In this document: in pieces, positions 29,634 to 49,901 of the stretch
Numbering within the stretch: position 1 is the stretch's first letter
How the letters are laid out: every line of letters starts with the position of its first letter
NCBI RefSeq assembly: GCF_009914755.1
Contig: NC_060936.1
Length of the DNA stretch: 64,000 bases
From: the human T2T-CHM13v2.0 reference genome, Homo sapiens
Direction: 5' to 3' (one strand)
The notes under the pieces: generated by a model
Seen by the model: only the letters and a program-made list of their open reading frames with translations
What the model was told of the DNA's origin: nothing
Database searches by the model: none
Program-made: the position numbers and the translations under genes

Positions 29634-31219
29634 CCCACAAGAGAAGGATGTTTTAGAAGCCGAAGGAATTAGAGGGTAGTCAGCAGCACTACACGCAGAA
29701 AACAAACCATGGAATGTGGAAGTCTGAGCCTGGACCTTGGTGAGGGTAGTGTTTGTAAAATAAGATAATAGAGGTAAATGTTCTATGGGAACTGAAAAGT
29801 GAGTAAGAATTGAGAAGAGGTAGTTGTAGAATTCAAGAAGTTCAATTGCAAAGGGAAAAAGATAATGAAGTGAAGATTCGAAAGAAGTAAAGGTCTAGGG
29901 AAGGCACTTAAGAGAATGTGGAAGATATCTCATGTGCCAAGAAATACCTTTTAAGTTAAACAAAAATTAAACTAGCACTGTACCAAACTTTTAAGTAAAA
30001 TACAAACTCTATCAAATAAATTTTATTCTAAGCAAGAAAACATAATTTCACAGAAAAATATATTTGGAATCTACTTTACACTAATGAATCTTTTGCAATG
30101 TAATTATACATACAAACAGCGTTTGGAAAAATGGAGAATATGTCTTCAGGAAAAGCCACACTTACTATATTACACTTCTATAATGTTTTATCTTTTTTCT
30201 GAGATATAAACTAATTTGCATTGATGGCAAAGTTATACAATTACAACAAGCAAACCGTTTATTTGAATTGCAGTCCTGTTTGTACCTTGCATCAAGATTC
30301 ATCTGGTAAAAATATATCAAAACAAATTATGAAAACCTACACTGAGAAAGACAAATAATTAAATAGTTGTACATTGCTTCCATCCCCTTTTCTACTTACA
30401 TAGACAGTAACCAAGTGGACAAAGACTAACAGTGCTACCTAAAAACGGTTTGTTTCTCCTATTAACGGCATCACTTATGTTTATATTGAGTACTCTCATT
30501 TTTAGCTATTTTTCATTCATGACTTGGTAGTGATACATCAAGAAATCTTTCTCATATACTTAACTACTACTCTTCTCCTTTTCTCTTTTCTTCTTACTCA
30601 ACTCAGACATGTTTTTTTGTTTTTTCAGGTAAGCAAAAAATTAACATAAATACAAATCATAATCATGGCTCACAACAGTAAGTAACATTAATGAGGTAAG
30701 CAGAATTTAATTTTATTGGCTAATTTCAAAATTATTGTTTTTCAGGAAAACACAGTTTTCAGTTATTTTGGACTTAAGGTTTTGTGGGAGTTGGTCTTTG
30801 AATCTAATACTTCATTTCAAACATTTTTTCAATGGAAAACATGTATTCAAAGTGCTAGCCAATTAAATTGTTTGAAATATGGGAAGAAGTCCTCGCATTC
30901 AAGATATTCTAAAATGTTAAGTATTTTATAATTAAGCCTTAGTACAAAACGTCCTTCAGATTATCAGAGATCTAATACATTTTGTGGTATACTACAAGGT
31001 GATCATTATGGATATGCCCTCTTTAGGGGGCAAATGAATAAAAGGTTCAGAATTTAAGTATATTAGTTGAAAGGTATAAATTTATCATGCTAAGGAGGAT
31101 TAAAATAACATATTAAACCTTAAGTTGAACAATTTTCAAATATACACAAACTGGAAATCAAAGTCAAACAGCTTCAATTAATTTTTATATAATTCATGTT
31201 GCAGAATAAAAAGACTTAC

Positions 31220-31297
31220 CTTAACATAACCTTCCAATGCACTGAATTTAAACACTGCCTGAAAAGGTTTACGGTCAATAGGACATGAAGCCAGTGT
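31220..31297 (-). CDS. SCAF11: SCAF11 exon 4, end of RING (TLASCPIDRKPFQAVFKFSALEGYVK)
   Basis: tttcag| acceptor, AAG|gtaagt donor, 78 nt, phase 0-0. Confidence 0.97.
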
Positions 31298-32953
31298 CTG
31301 AAAAGTGATTAACAAATTATATCTTTACAAATGTTTCTTTAGATCAAAATTATAAATACAATTATAAATTTTCCATAAAATTATTTTTATCTCTATCTTC
31401 GAAAGAAAAAAATATTTTTATACCTTAAATTTGTTTCATTCATTCAAACATTTACTGAATACCTCCTGTATGCTAGATAGTTGGAATACAATGATGAACG
31501 AGACAGAATCTGTTATTAAAATCCCATTAAGATATGCTGCCCGGTTGAGAACTACTAGTATAGTGAAAGATGAGTTGGGCTGACAGCAGTAGTTCTGTGA
31601 TGTAAAGCTGGCTGTTACACTAAACTTGGGCCACTCCAAATGGCTCCGAAAGGTTCCTCACAAATTTTAATATTCTATGACTTAATATTTTCCCCCCAAA
31701 TTAGTTACATTAAATAGGCAGTTGTGCCAGCAATAAAAACATTTGAAAGATATGAAGAAAATGAAGTACTCCTTCACCCCTCCCCTCAGCCACCTAGATG
31801 GCCACTCCAGAGGCAGTTTCTTACATAACCTTTTGTGGATATCCATTGCATATGCATATATGTGTATCTTTTTAATATATAAACTTAAGATTGATTCATA
31901 TTAGTAATTCAGAGCTGCCTTATCCTTAACAGAATAATATGAATAAGAGTTTTTTACTTTACATTTCCTTTTATAGGAGTAAGGTTGAGCACATTTTCCT
32001 ATTTTTAAGGACTATCCAAAGTTCCTTTTCTTTAAGCTGCCTATTCAAGTTCTTTGCTTAGGTTCTTATTAAGTTGCTACTCTTTTTCAAATTGAGTTAT
32101 AGGTGCTCTTTATTTATTAAGGAAATTGGTCCTTAAGTGATACTATGATTATAAGTCAACATCATCTTGCTTTATTTCCTGTCCTTTTAAAATTCCTGTG
32201 CATCAACTCTAAGAGTTTCTCTGATAAAACTACTAAATATTTGTGTAAGAATGGGTTTACATTATTTAAAGAATTTAAGATGAAATGTATTTTCTATTAG
32301 GGTAGGAGGGAAAACTCTGCAAAGAGCGTACCAAAAGGTGATATTATTAATACCTATGGTTACAAAAATAAAACGGAATTTTAACAATCTAATAGCAATA
32401 GTCTCAAAGAGCAAAGATAGTAATGGAAACTAGATATATTATTCCTATGTAAAAAATGTGATCTTTGCCTTTCTGGGTTTTACCACGTATCAAGACATGC
32501 TTATACAAGTAAAAGTAGAGCAGATTGTGTATGGTCCTTGATCATTTAACACATTTTCACAAAGCTCACAAGTCACTTTGGGAGCAGCCAAAATATGGGC
32601 TGAGTTACTATTTTCTTTCTCTTTTAAGTGGGCTTCAATGGGAAAAAAGCTTTACCACATCTGAATTAGGAAATGTGACCTTACTATATTAAATTGGTTC
32701 AGACTGGAAGAAGCCAGTTCAGCCTACTTTTAAGTACTATGGATTTAGGAGGCTATTACTTTCCCTATAGAAAACTTGACCTTAAGAAGGTTTGCTTCAG
32801 CAACAAAGAAGTTCATATATTTTTTAATAATGCATTGTCTAGTTCGAAGAACTTAACATCATAACCATTGCTGTTTATCCCAGTGGCATACCCTGTATGA
32901 AATTTCTTAAGAGATTATATTAATGCTACATTTATGGTTTTCAAAAATATTTA

Positions 32954-35020
<2,067 letters not shown>

Positions 35021-37469
35021 CAGACTGGCCTAATTTTAAGGAACTCCCAAGGATGCCTCACTCTTATATCCAGCAGATATCTATCCAGAAAGGTCTCAAA
35101 GATGTTTTTAGTTTTCAGAGTAAAATTTACAATTAAATTTCCAAGTTGTGAGGTTTTAAAAGTTCACATTTTAAACTAATGTAAAGAAATTTTAACTAAT
35201 ACTTACTCTATTTTTAAGTTATTTTAATTTTGAAGAAAATTATCTCAAATTTTGTTGCCTTAAATACAATAAAAATATCCTTCAATTATTTACCATTTTG
35301 ATTCCTTATATACAACAAAATATCCTTCAATGACTCACTTGTTTGAATTACTGACTTTCATTTCAATAATTTTTAAAGTATCTAATTCAGTTTCATAACC
35401 AAGTAGTCTAATAACATCATTGGCTTTATGATACAGCTACAAAATTAATGGAATTTGCTCACTGCTTTACAGTGTAATGTGTATTAAACAGAGCATATGT
35501 TTTACTGTGAATGCTCTGTACTAAGGTTGTTGTATCAGTTAAGAAGGCAATTTTGATAGAAAAAAATAATCTTCCTAATGATTTCAGTAAAACACACCCT
35601 ACTATTCTGAAGCATTATAAATTCTCAGCTCAGACAAACCCACATTTAAATGTAAGAACAAGAAACCTTCCTTATTTGGGAATTCAGGATCCTCGATTTC
35701 TAATTTCTCGCTTCCTCCTGCTGCTCTATCCTCAATCACATAGGCTGCTTATAGATAGCTCCTCTTAGAGAGAGAGAAACAAGTGTTAAGACAAGTGCTT
35801 AAAGACTAAATCTCAATACCTATGTTTATAGGTAGGTTTGCCTGTTTGTGGGAATCTCGAACATCTATCTCTCTACTAACAAAATAGAGCATGTTATACA
35901 AAATTCTAGTTCAAAATCAAATAAAGATGACTTAGAAATGCATACCATTAGTGGCTAATGCTTATTTTAAAGCTATTTTCCAGGACCTATCTTTTTTCAT
36001 TTATGGTTCTAAGACACCTCACCTGTACTTCCAAATTAATTGTTCACCTGCAGTCAGCCTACATGTTCCCTATCACATTTAACCAGTTCTTTCAAGACAG
36101 TCTTTGTCAATCCATATTAGTGAAACTGTGGTTCTTTATACCAGCATTCAGGAGTGTATCCCTAAAGGACAAATGGCTGTCAGTGATAAAATTAACCCCC
36201 AGTAAGAACACATTTCATCAAACTACTTAAAATCCTTTCATGTTCTCCAAGATACCAGTTGGGGAGAATTACATGTAATCTTAATTTATTCTGACAATAG
36301 GCAACACTTTATCTAGTGTAAAAACAAGAAACTCAGTAAACTACCCATACAGATCATTTTACATATTCTGACATTTAAAACTAGGCACAAAGAAATGCAT
36401 GTTAATTTACCTTACTGGTAAACAGAGTACTTAAATTCTTTTAGATATATGCTTTAGGTGATGGGTGTTCACAATGCAAAAATCCTCTTTGCTCTACTAA
36501 AAAATTTCCCAAAGGATTAATTCACAGGGTGAAAATAGTGGTGGATCTGAAAAAATTAGCTACAAGTTAAAGTTCTTGTGGAGCTAGCAATCACTCCAAC
36601 CCACACTAAGGATGAAGATGGAGAGAGCCCTGATCATCTATTGCATAGGCGTAATAAATTTAAAAAATGTATCTGACAATACTTTATAAATTATAAATGA
36701 CTAATGTTAGTGGTACTACACAGGTACATTTACATTACCGTTCACAGAGAGCTACATAACAGAGGTGTCTGGGTTAGTTCTGGTTAATTTTTTTAAAATT
36801 AGAATTTGAGGAAAAATTGATTGAAAATTCCAGATAATAAAGCTTTACTGAATTATATTACTTAAAAGTAGTCTAACAACCAGAATGGACAAATTTCCAC
36901 CTACTGCATAAAGAAACACCTGTATATAAAACACATGTGCAGTCCAGATATAAGTCAAGAACTCACATCTTGATTTTTTGGTATTTATTATTAATTCAAA
37001 AATATAACCTTCACCTATGTTGAACACTATTGTTTGACTTCTTCAAGAACTGCATGTCACCTTAATAAGACACTTCATTTCTAGTTTAGGAGAGAAACCA
37101 TGCCTTTGCCAACTGCCGAATTTTGATTTCATTAACCTTTACTCTCTCATACTGAAGCTGTTGGCATTTTATACAAAATGGGTGATTTTGTATAAAATGG
37201 AGGGAGAATAATCTGCTTATAATGGGAAACTAATCACATTTTTAAAAATAATACTTAAAAGATAAGGGAAATATTTTATATTATGTAAAAGGGAAAAGAA
37301 TGCCAGCAGATATCAAGAACATCCTCATCACATATACTGCAGGTTCCATTAAACATTGTTAAGAACTCTTAAATGCTTTAAACATGTGTCTTCAAACCAT
37401 GACCTTATTTTAAGGGCCAAATTTTTAATCACTTCTCGGCAACTGTGGGAAATAATGATTCCTACTTTC

Positions 37470-37932
<463 letters not shown>

Positions 37933-38734
37933 TAAGTATATATTGTTTTTGCCCACAATATGGGTAAAATAAATAACTTCCTAACTGAATAGATGATAAG
38001 CTTTAGCATACTGGCTCTATATACATTTCATCAGTTCAAATGTCTTTGATTAATTTTAGATTGTTGGATCTAACAGTTATGGTTTAAATTAACAAAAATT
38101 TCAGCCTTCCTTAATGTCAATTATTGTGTCATTGTTCAATATTCTATTTCTATATAATCATCATTATTTTATAAATCAACAGGTTTACCATCTATGAATT
38201 CCTTGAAACTAAATATAATCATAGTGGACATGATTAATTTCAATTTGTTCTAGTGTCCCTAAGGGCAGGCAATTAGGCTATGGGCCATGAAGGCTACCAC
38301 AGGTTCACCCTGAAACATTTTGCCCTAAGTAAAGAGGATTCTGACATACCTAAAGACTTTTTACTTAATCACTTTAAAGTCCTTACATAGCTTTTGTTTA
38401 AATAACCACAGAACCAAAATTTTAGAGCTTGAAAAGACTGAAACTAACTTTGATCTATGTGGCCAAAATAAATATACTAGACTACGACACACTTTAATTT
38501 TTCAAAACACCAGTTTCTTACAGACCAGTGTTTTTAAGAATGTGTTCAATGCCTAAAATATTAAGGTGAAAGTAAATAAATGAGTCCTTTTTTGGTGCTT
38601 GATATTCCTTCTGAATCATATTTCAGTGAACCTTGGGTACAAATCTCAGAAAGCACAGAAATTTTGAAAGATACAGAAATCTAGAAAGATGATCCTAACT
38701 GCAAATTGTACTGTTCTCTTATGCAGATTTCTCA

Positions 38735-38855
38735 GGAGCTGTGGCACAAGAATCGCTTGGCCTGGGAGGCAGAAGTTGCAGTGAGCCGAGATGGTTCCAC
38801 TGCACTAGAGCCTGGGTGACAGACTGAGACTCTGTCTCAAATAAAAAAAAAAAAA
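38735..38855 (+). mobile_element. 5'-truncated Alu right arm
   Basis: gaggcagaagttgcagtgagccgag ... poly-A. Confidence 0.85.
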
Positions 38856-41270
38856 GAAGTGAACATGCATAAAATTGTACACCACAAACCAATTTTTTAA
38901 AAAGATTTTAACGTCAGGCTATCCCTTGACGTACTTAAAAATCGTAAGTTTAGAATCCTTGTCTTGTATAGCAAATAAATATTAACATAGTGAATTAAAT
39001 GAAATTAAATGTTAGAATGTGTATGACAGCCTAGGCATAAGGCATGGCCTGTTAGAAGGCTGAAGACACTTATTCCTGATCCTGAAATCCGAAGTAAACT
39101 GTAAACTTTGCTTTTAGATGGAAGAAGACTGAGGGAAATGAGAGGATGGAGCTTAATTTATAATGATGAAAAAAAGAAACATACTCCTGAATTTGAAATC
39201 TGATTCTATTTGTGAAAGCACTTACATGCTTTGAAACATATCTATTTTTATCACAGCAATAAAAGATTCAAACTGAAAACTTAGTCTACATGATTTTTTT
39301 AGCCAGCATTCACTTATAATTTATAATAAGCAATTTATTAATAGATTGCTCTCTTGTTACTGCTCAACTGAAAGGTTTATTTAAATGATGATTGCTATCC
39401 CCATCAGGGACAACGAAATAATTCAGAATGTTCTGTTTATTCTCCCCTTTAAAGGTTAATTACCTTTGTTTAAACACTATCACAACTCCTCCCTGCCTAC
39501 CCAGCATCACAGTTTATAATAGCAGCATAAAGATAAGTACTTTCTTTTGAAAAGCAATTTGAAAAATATTACATGCGGGAAAGGTGTTGGCTGCCATACC
39601 ATGTATGTTATCCAGTATTTTCAACTTAAAAATATTCAACAAGAGTTAAAAATATAGACAAGTTTGCCACTGTCTAGTAGAGTTAAGTATGTGCATCATC
39701 TACAACCCGTAATTCCACCTCTAGATACATACCCTAGAGAAACCTGGAACATGTACATCAGGGTAAAGGTTGTGTGAAAGATGCACTTGAAGTTGAAAGA
39801 AAGGATGGAGAACCATTATCTACTTATTACATACACATTATAATTTTCTTAGAGCAAAACATATACTCCGATTAAGTTGTTGAAATTCACAATTATGTGG
39901 TCACCAAATACAATCTTATAAAAAAGCACTGTATTGAAACCTTCCACCCATCCAACAATATTATTTCTTTACCCAAAGCAAAATCTCTAAAAAAATTTAA
40001 CCACAAAGCAACCATGTGCACTAAATTCAACACAGATAAAAATCTTTATTTGGGTGGCAGAAAAAAAATATGCATTATTTCATTAAACAGTGATCCTACA
40101 CAGAGAGAGATTTACCAACCATATTAATTCAGCAAAACTCAAAATACTTTTCCCCAAAATACATTTTCACCTATCCTGTCACTTCTTGTTAAAGACCAGT
40201 TTAGGTTTTACTAAATTAAAATAGTTTATATGTATACTATTATTAATTCAATTTGTATAACAAATCTTCTCTTCCTTCTTTTGAGAACTCAGCCAGAGTC
40301 ACTATACAGTTACATTCTCCTTTCCACACTATTAATGAAAATTTAAGCAAAACATAGCGCTTTGAAAACCCCAATTATGTAATATGCAATTAATTCCAAC
40401 ATATTTAAGAACATTAACAATTGGAATGCAGCTAATGTTAAAATATTTTTAAGATATTATCTTCTTTACTAATTTTTACAGACTGACAAATATTAACTTA
40501 GAAAATATAGCATAATATGAACAATAATTTTTTACTTAACATTTCATAACAATAAGGCTTATATTAAATTAATATTTACTTCAAAGTATTTGGCCCAAAT
40601 TGAGTCAACATAATACATTAAAAGTCACGAATGTCTTGTTTCTTATTCACTGTCTATGACGGTAATATCTCTAATTCAGACTCTGAAATTAGTCCACACT
40701 AAATTAAAAACAGGAATTAGAAAATCAGTTCTAAATTCACTTCTGCCTCTTAAACTATGAGATCTTGACCAAGTCATAGAACATAAAATCCAAGTTTCCT
40801 CATCTGTAAAATGGAAGGACACTATCGTATCTGCTCTGGTTATTCCACAAGGCTGATATAAAGAAGAAATCAAATAACCTATGTGAAAAGTCCCTGAAAA
40901 ATATAAAACAAAAAGCAGACAGAAGGTGTTATTAGTGGTAAACAGATATTATCCTATTAAGCACAGAGTCAAGTACACTGAAAAATTAATTACTGCATTT
41001 CTACCAGAAAAAAAGTTTGATCTGTTCTTCCTATAAGGTTATTAACTTTTTTTAAAAAAGTATGCATTTAAAATATTATTTGCAAAATCAAAGCCTGATA
41101 AAAGAAAATTAGAAGAAAATGACTGACAGAATTTGAATAATACAAGGAAATTTGTCCAAAGTAGGAAGAAAATACATTACTGTGAAATAATTTATGAAAG
41201 GCAGTATCAACTCTTTAGGTGAAATGAAATCATGCTAGGAAATTAAAATACATTAATGTGTCAGACTTAC

Positions 41271-41428
41271 CTCTGCCCATTTAAGAATACAAGTCATACA
41301 GAAGACATGATTACAGCTTTCTGGAAAACCAACTTCCTTTTCTAATAGACAATTAAGACATATTGGGCATCTGTCAGCCTCACTGTACAACAGACCAGTG
41401 GAAATAGTATTATCTCCGTTTTCTTCAC
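41271..41428 (-). CDS. SCAF11: SCAF11 exon 3, first part of RING finger (CPICLNCLLEKEVGFPESCNHVFCMTCILKWAE)
   Basis: aacag|GTGAAG acceptor, GAG|gtaagt donor, 158 nt, RING Cys/His spacing. Confidence 0.97.
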
Positions 41429-41489
41429 CTGTTAAAGTAAAACAGCCATATGTGCTTTCAAGTTCTCCAGACCAAAAATCTTGTGTTTC

Positions 41490-43500
41490 TAGGAGTATAG
41501 TGGATTAGATACTCTAAAGGACCCTCCTACTATAAAGCAAATAGATCTTAGATAAATTATAGCAAACATACTGCTTGAGCCCAACGTGCCCAACATTTAC
41601 TTTCTTAAATTTTTTTAACGGGGGACTGAAACAAACTTTTCATTAATTAAATTTAAAGTGAGTAATATTCACACGGATCAAAAATTTAAGAGCAAATTTC
41701 TCATTCAAATTTATCCCCATCCAGTTCCAACCAATCCAATAAGTAACAACTGTTAAATTTCTTTTGTGTTCTTCCTAGGAATTTTTAATGTACAGAAAAA
41801 CAAATGCTAATACAAACTCTTCCACATTCCTTTCTTTACACAAATGCAAGAATACTATACACACTAGTCTGCTTTTTTCTTTATTCAAATCTATTGATGG
41901 ACATTCACATGTTTTCAACTTTTGGCTATGACAATGTTGCAATAAAAATTTAGTTATTTCACATTTTTAAAAGTATATCTGTAGTGTAAGTTCCTAAAAA
42001 TGGAACTGCTAGAGTAATGTGTGTATACATTTGTATTATGAATAGGTATTAACAAATTATTCTCCTTAGGATTTGTACTACTTTAAACTCCCACCAGTAA
42101 TGTAACCAACTCATACAAAAGTATGCATCGCTGGCTCATAAGAAAATAATAGATACTCTGAAATTCAACATAAAAATAAAACAGAAATAAAGGATTGGTC
42201 AGCTGAAATGTGAACAGTAATATCAAGCAAAGTTGGAACTGTCCTGGGCACAACTGTCCAAACCAGTGTTTAGATCTGGAGACTAAGCCTTAGAACCGCT
42301 TCAGGAAGGAAAACTAATCCTGATAGACTCCAGTATCAAGCCAAGACTTTTAAATGGGGCTAAAGAGGTCCCAGCATGGGCCTGGGAAGAAACAAATACA
42401 AATCCTCTGGAGGAAAGAATACCTAAATTAGGCCCTCACAGATTTAATTTATCAAATGTAAGCTCATAATCAAACATTACCAAACCTAAGAAAATAAGCT
42501 GTCTTGAGTGAGAAGCAGCAGGAAACACATTTAGAAATCCACTAACTTCAAATATCAGAAGTTTCAAATACCACATAAAATGGACAATCAGCAGATTAGA
42601 TCCAAGAAAAATACTTGTGAATTGGAAGACAAATCTGAGGAAACCAGCTAGACTCTAGGAGACAGAAAAGGAAATATAAGACATAGCCTGTGAAACAGGT
42701 TAAGAAATGAGGTTACAGAACGGTCTAACATACTAATTGAAATCCAAAAGAGAATAAAGGAAAGGCAACAAAGAGGTAATGGTCGGGAAATGATTAAACA
42801 CATGAACCAACAAAGGAAACACAATGCATACTGTTAAGAGAAATAAAAATAATCCATGCCTAGAAACAATGGAGTAAAACTGTAAAATATCAAAGACGAA
42901 ACCAAGACCTTAAAAGCAGAAAATTGGAAAAGACAGATCACCTACAAAAGAGAATGATAATTAGACTGGGAAGAAATCTCCAGACAGCAAGGGAAAAAAA
43001 ATGAGTAATATCTTCAAAGTGCTAAGAGAAAAAAAAACTATCATTTCAGAATTATATACCCAGTAAAACTATCTTTGAATAGTTTTAAAGTGGATAAAAT
43101 AGATTAAAAAAATTCAGAGTTTACCACCAATAGACCTTCACTAAAGAAACTTCTCAGATTTATTTTCAGAAAGAAAATAAATGAAGAGGAAATAAACTCA
43201 AGCAAACATTGCATAAAACATCATCTAACTGGTGGTGTCTGAAATAAAAGAACTCAAATAATGGAACTATAACCTATACATTGAGATTAGGATGATCAGA
43301 GTTAAAGCATTCTTGGGTTCTTCTTCTGTTGGTAGTGAAAATTAAATTAGCTTTAGAAGCAGAGGACAGTACCAACGCTAACTTTTTTTCTTTTTTAAAA
43401 AGACAGGGACAAAAACATAAACAGTAATTCCTAAACCAGTAGAGAGTAAACCTTTAAGAAAAAAGGGAAAAGTAAACAATTTAACAAATCAAAAAACTTG
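41490..43500 (+). mobile_element. Degraded ancient L1M fragments (ORF1-like) in intron 2
   Basis: A-rich L1 ORF1-like motifs (agaattatatacccagtaaaactatc). No intact ORF. Confidence 0.6.
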
Positions 43501-43677
43501 ATCAGTCGAAAATAAGATATGGGAAGAAAAAAATGTGTATACTTAGGCAGCTTATTTTGGAATTTAAGAACAACAATAACAAAAAACTCCTGTGTATTCT
43601 GAAATGTATACAAGTGGACAGTTTGGAAACAACTGTTTTGCTTTCAACAAACAAACTTTATAAAAATGAAAAGTTAC

Positions 43678-43738
43678 CTTCCATGTCTTCATACTTCTTA
43701 TCTCCCATATTTAGGGTACATACAGTTTTCTTCTTCAT
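43678..43738 (-). CDS. SCAF11: SCAF11 first coding exon (exon 2; whole exon 43678-43759 includes 21 nt of 5'UTR), MKKKTVCTLNMGDKKYEDME
   Basis: Acceptor ttatcttatag| at 43760-61, ATG at 43738, donor AAG|gtaact. 61 nt coding, phase 1, joins the next exon in frame. Confidence 0.95.
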
Positions 43739-43956
43739 TTCTCTTTGGAAAAGGGTTTCCTATAAGATAAATTATAATAGAGAATTTTATGTTTGCCTTC
43801 TCCCAATAATATCAATTAAAAAAAAATCCTAAACTGTAAGAAATTATTTTACACATAAAAGAACACAGTACGAGCCAAGCCAGTTTGTGGATAATCCAGT
43901 ACTCTTTTATACTCCTTGCTATCAAAATGCACAGTCTTATTGAACGGAAAAGCCTT

Positions 43957-44266
<310 letters not shown>

Positions 44267-44499
44267 TTATAACTATTAAGCAACAAAGCCTAAATGATAT
44301 ATTTTGTGGCACAGACATAAATGCAATTGAAGCTTAAGGAACAGAGATCAATTTGGAATAGAGTTTTCAGAGAATGTGATAGGTTAGATGTGTTGAGGAA
44401 CTTCAGGCATTCAAGGAGCAACACAGTATGGAGAAATACAATAACATTTAGCTAGGCCAATCTCACAATTGAGCGGGTGAGAGAAAACAGTGGGTGAAA

Positions 44500-44555
44500 G
44501 TGTGTGTGTGTGTGTGTCTACTAAGGAGACAGTTGTGTGTGTGTATGTGTGTGTC
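44500..44555. repeat. Two (TG)n runs, each followed by ctact(a/g)aggag
   Basis: Directly visible short tandem duplication. Confidence 0.85.
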
Positions 44556-45056
44556 TCTACTGAGGAGGGGGTTGGCATGTAAGCCATGAATTTTATCTGA
44601 AAAATCACAGTGAGAGGTAATAAGAAATAAGCAGAGCAATGTAAATCAAGTATGGCTAGATTATAGATGGATCGCTAATGATTGACTGAGAACCTTAGAT
44701 TCAATCTTACAAATTCTATGAAGAAGAGTGACAAGATAAAAGTGATATAAGTGAATTTTTTAAAAAAAGATAGATACGCCAGCCAAGTATGGATTGAATT
44801 ACAATGGAAGGAGATTATAAGCAGAGATATTTGCATAGCTAAAGTAACTGGCTGTGAAGTATATTTGAAAAGCACGGAATTAAAAGGCTGCAGAAATTCT
44901 GAGATTTGGTGAGCAACTACAGTGAAGGAGACAATATCCTGGCCTAAAAGACTAGGAAAATGGTGCTTATAAAAAGGTAAAAATGAGAAAAGTGGGAAAG
45001 GATGTTAATATGGCAAAGGCAAGAAATTCATACAGTAACATTTTATTTTAATCAAC

Positions 45057-48527
<3,471 letters not shown>

Positions 48528-48557
48528 CGGTCTGTATTAAGTCATTTCGGTTCTCTA

Positions 48558-48732
48558 GAATAGTGCTGCCCAACAGGGAATTCTTCTATCAAGCACTTCA
48601 AGTGTGGACAGTGCATGTGAGAAACTAAATTTTAAATTTTTGTGAAGTTTTAGTTAATTTAAATAGCCCAATGTGCTACTGTACAGCTATTTAAAAATAT
48701 ATTTAATAGCTGCACTGCTACTGTAGAGCACA
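48558..48732. mobile_element. MER3-like hAT-Charlie fragment
   Basis: tagtgctgcccaacag and agcacttcaagtgtgg motifs. Confidence 0.5.
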
Positions 48733-49319
48733 ACTGTTAAAAACCTGTTTCAAGTTATATTTGGGATGCTAAGAATGTACATTCCATTTTAACAGTTGCT
48801 GGGTACCTCAAGCCTCGGGGAATCAGAAGTAGCCAGGGTTCCTAATAATGTAAACTATTCTTTAGCCTAGTCTGGTTTGGTTTCAAATTACTACCCTTCT
48901 TTCCTTCTATTTTTTTTCTTCCAAAGTCTGTTTCTTTCTGCTGTTACAAAACAGAGCTCCTTTCCCTTCCAGTTCACTTCAAAACTCCCTCTCCCTCCTT
49001 GCTCTTGCTGTTCTCTTCAAGTAAGCCCATGGTATCTAAAGATACCTACATCCTGGTTAATACTACAAACTTTAGAATCCAACAGGTCTAGATTCAAATC
49101 CTAACTCTACCATCATTCAATAAATGGCTGTTATCAAGATCATTATTATTCTTATTGTCAGAAACAACAGAGAAATAGGAAATAGTAATAAAACTGTTGC
49201 TTGCCACTTTCTTTGTTTTCCCTAAAGCAAATGCAAGGACTAAAAAAAGATAAATCAACATTACTAAATAACAACTAAATTGATCAAGTCTCCTATTAGA
49301 GTGTGAGTGTGTGTGTTTG

Positions 49320-49901
49320 TTTTAAGAGAAACAGTCTTGCTCTGTCGTCCAGGCTGGAGCGTGGTGGCACAATTACAGCTCACTGCAGCCTTGAATTCCT
49401 GGGCTCAAGCAATCCTCCTGCCTCAGCCTCTCAAGTAGCTAGGACTGCAGGTGCACACCACCACATTCAACCATTTTTTTTTTCTTAAGACGGAGTCTCG
49501 CTCTGTCGCCCAGGCTGGAGTGCAGTGGCGCATCTCAGCTCACCGCAACCTCCGCTTCCCAAGTTCAAGCAATTCTCTGCCTCAGCCTCCTGAGTAGCTG
49601 GGATTACAGGTGCCCGCCACCACGCCCAGCTAATTTTTGTATTTTTAGGAGAGACGGGGTTTCACCATCTTGGCCAGGCTGGTCTTGAACTCCTGACCTC
49701 GTGATCCACCCGCCTTGGCCTCCCAAAGTGCTGGGATTACAGGCATGAGCCACCGCGCCCGGCCTCAACTAATTTTTTTATTTGTAGAGATGGAGTCTCA
49801 CTCTGTTGCCCAGGCTGGTCTCAAATTCCAGACCTCAAGCAATCTTCCCACCTTGGTCTCCTAAAATGCCGGGATTACAAGCATGTGCCACTGTGCCCAG
49901 C
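49320..49901 (-). mobile_element. AluJ with a younger AluS (49475-49764) nested in its A-rich linker
   Basis: Order: old right arm, full younger Alu, old left arm. Linker duplicated (tcaacca / tcaacta). Confidence 0.9.

Noticed and set aside
35680-35790. Possible alternative exon after the ctctctctctaag tract in intron 3
   Set aside because: Weak AAG/GAG acceptor, and no convincing donor or poly(A) signal seen.
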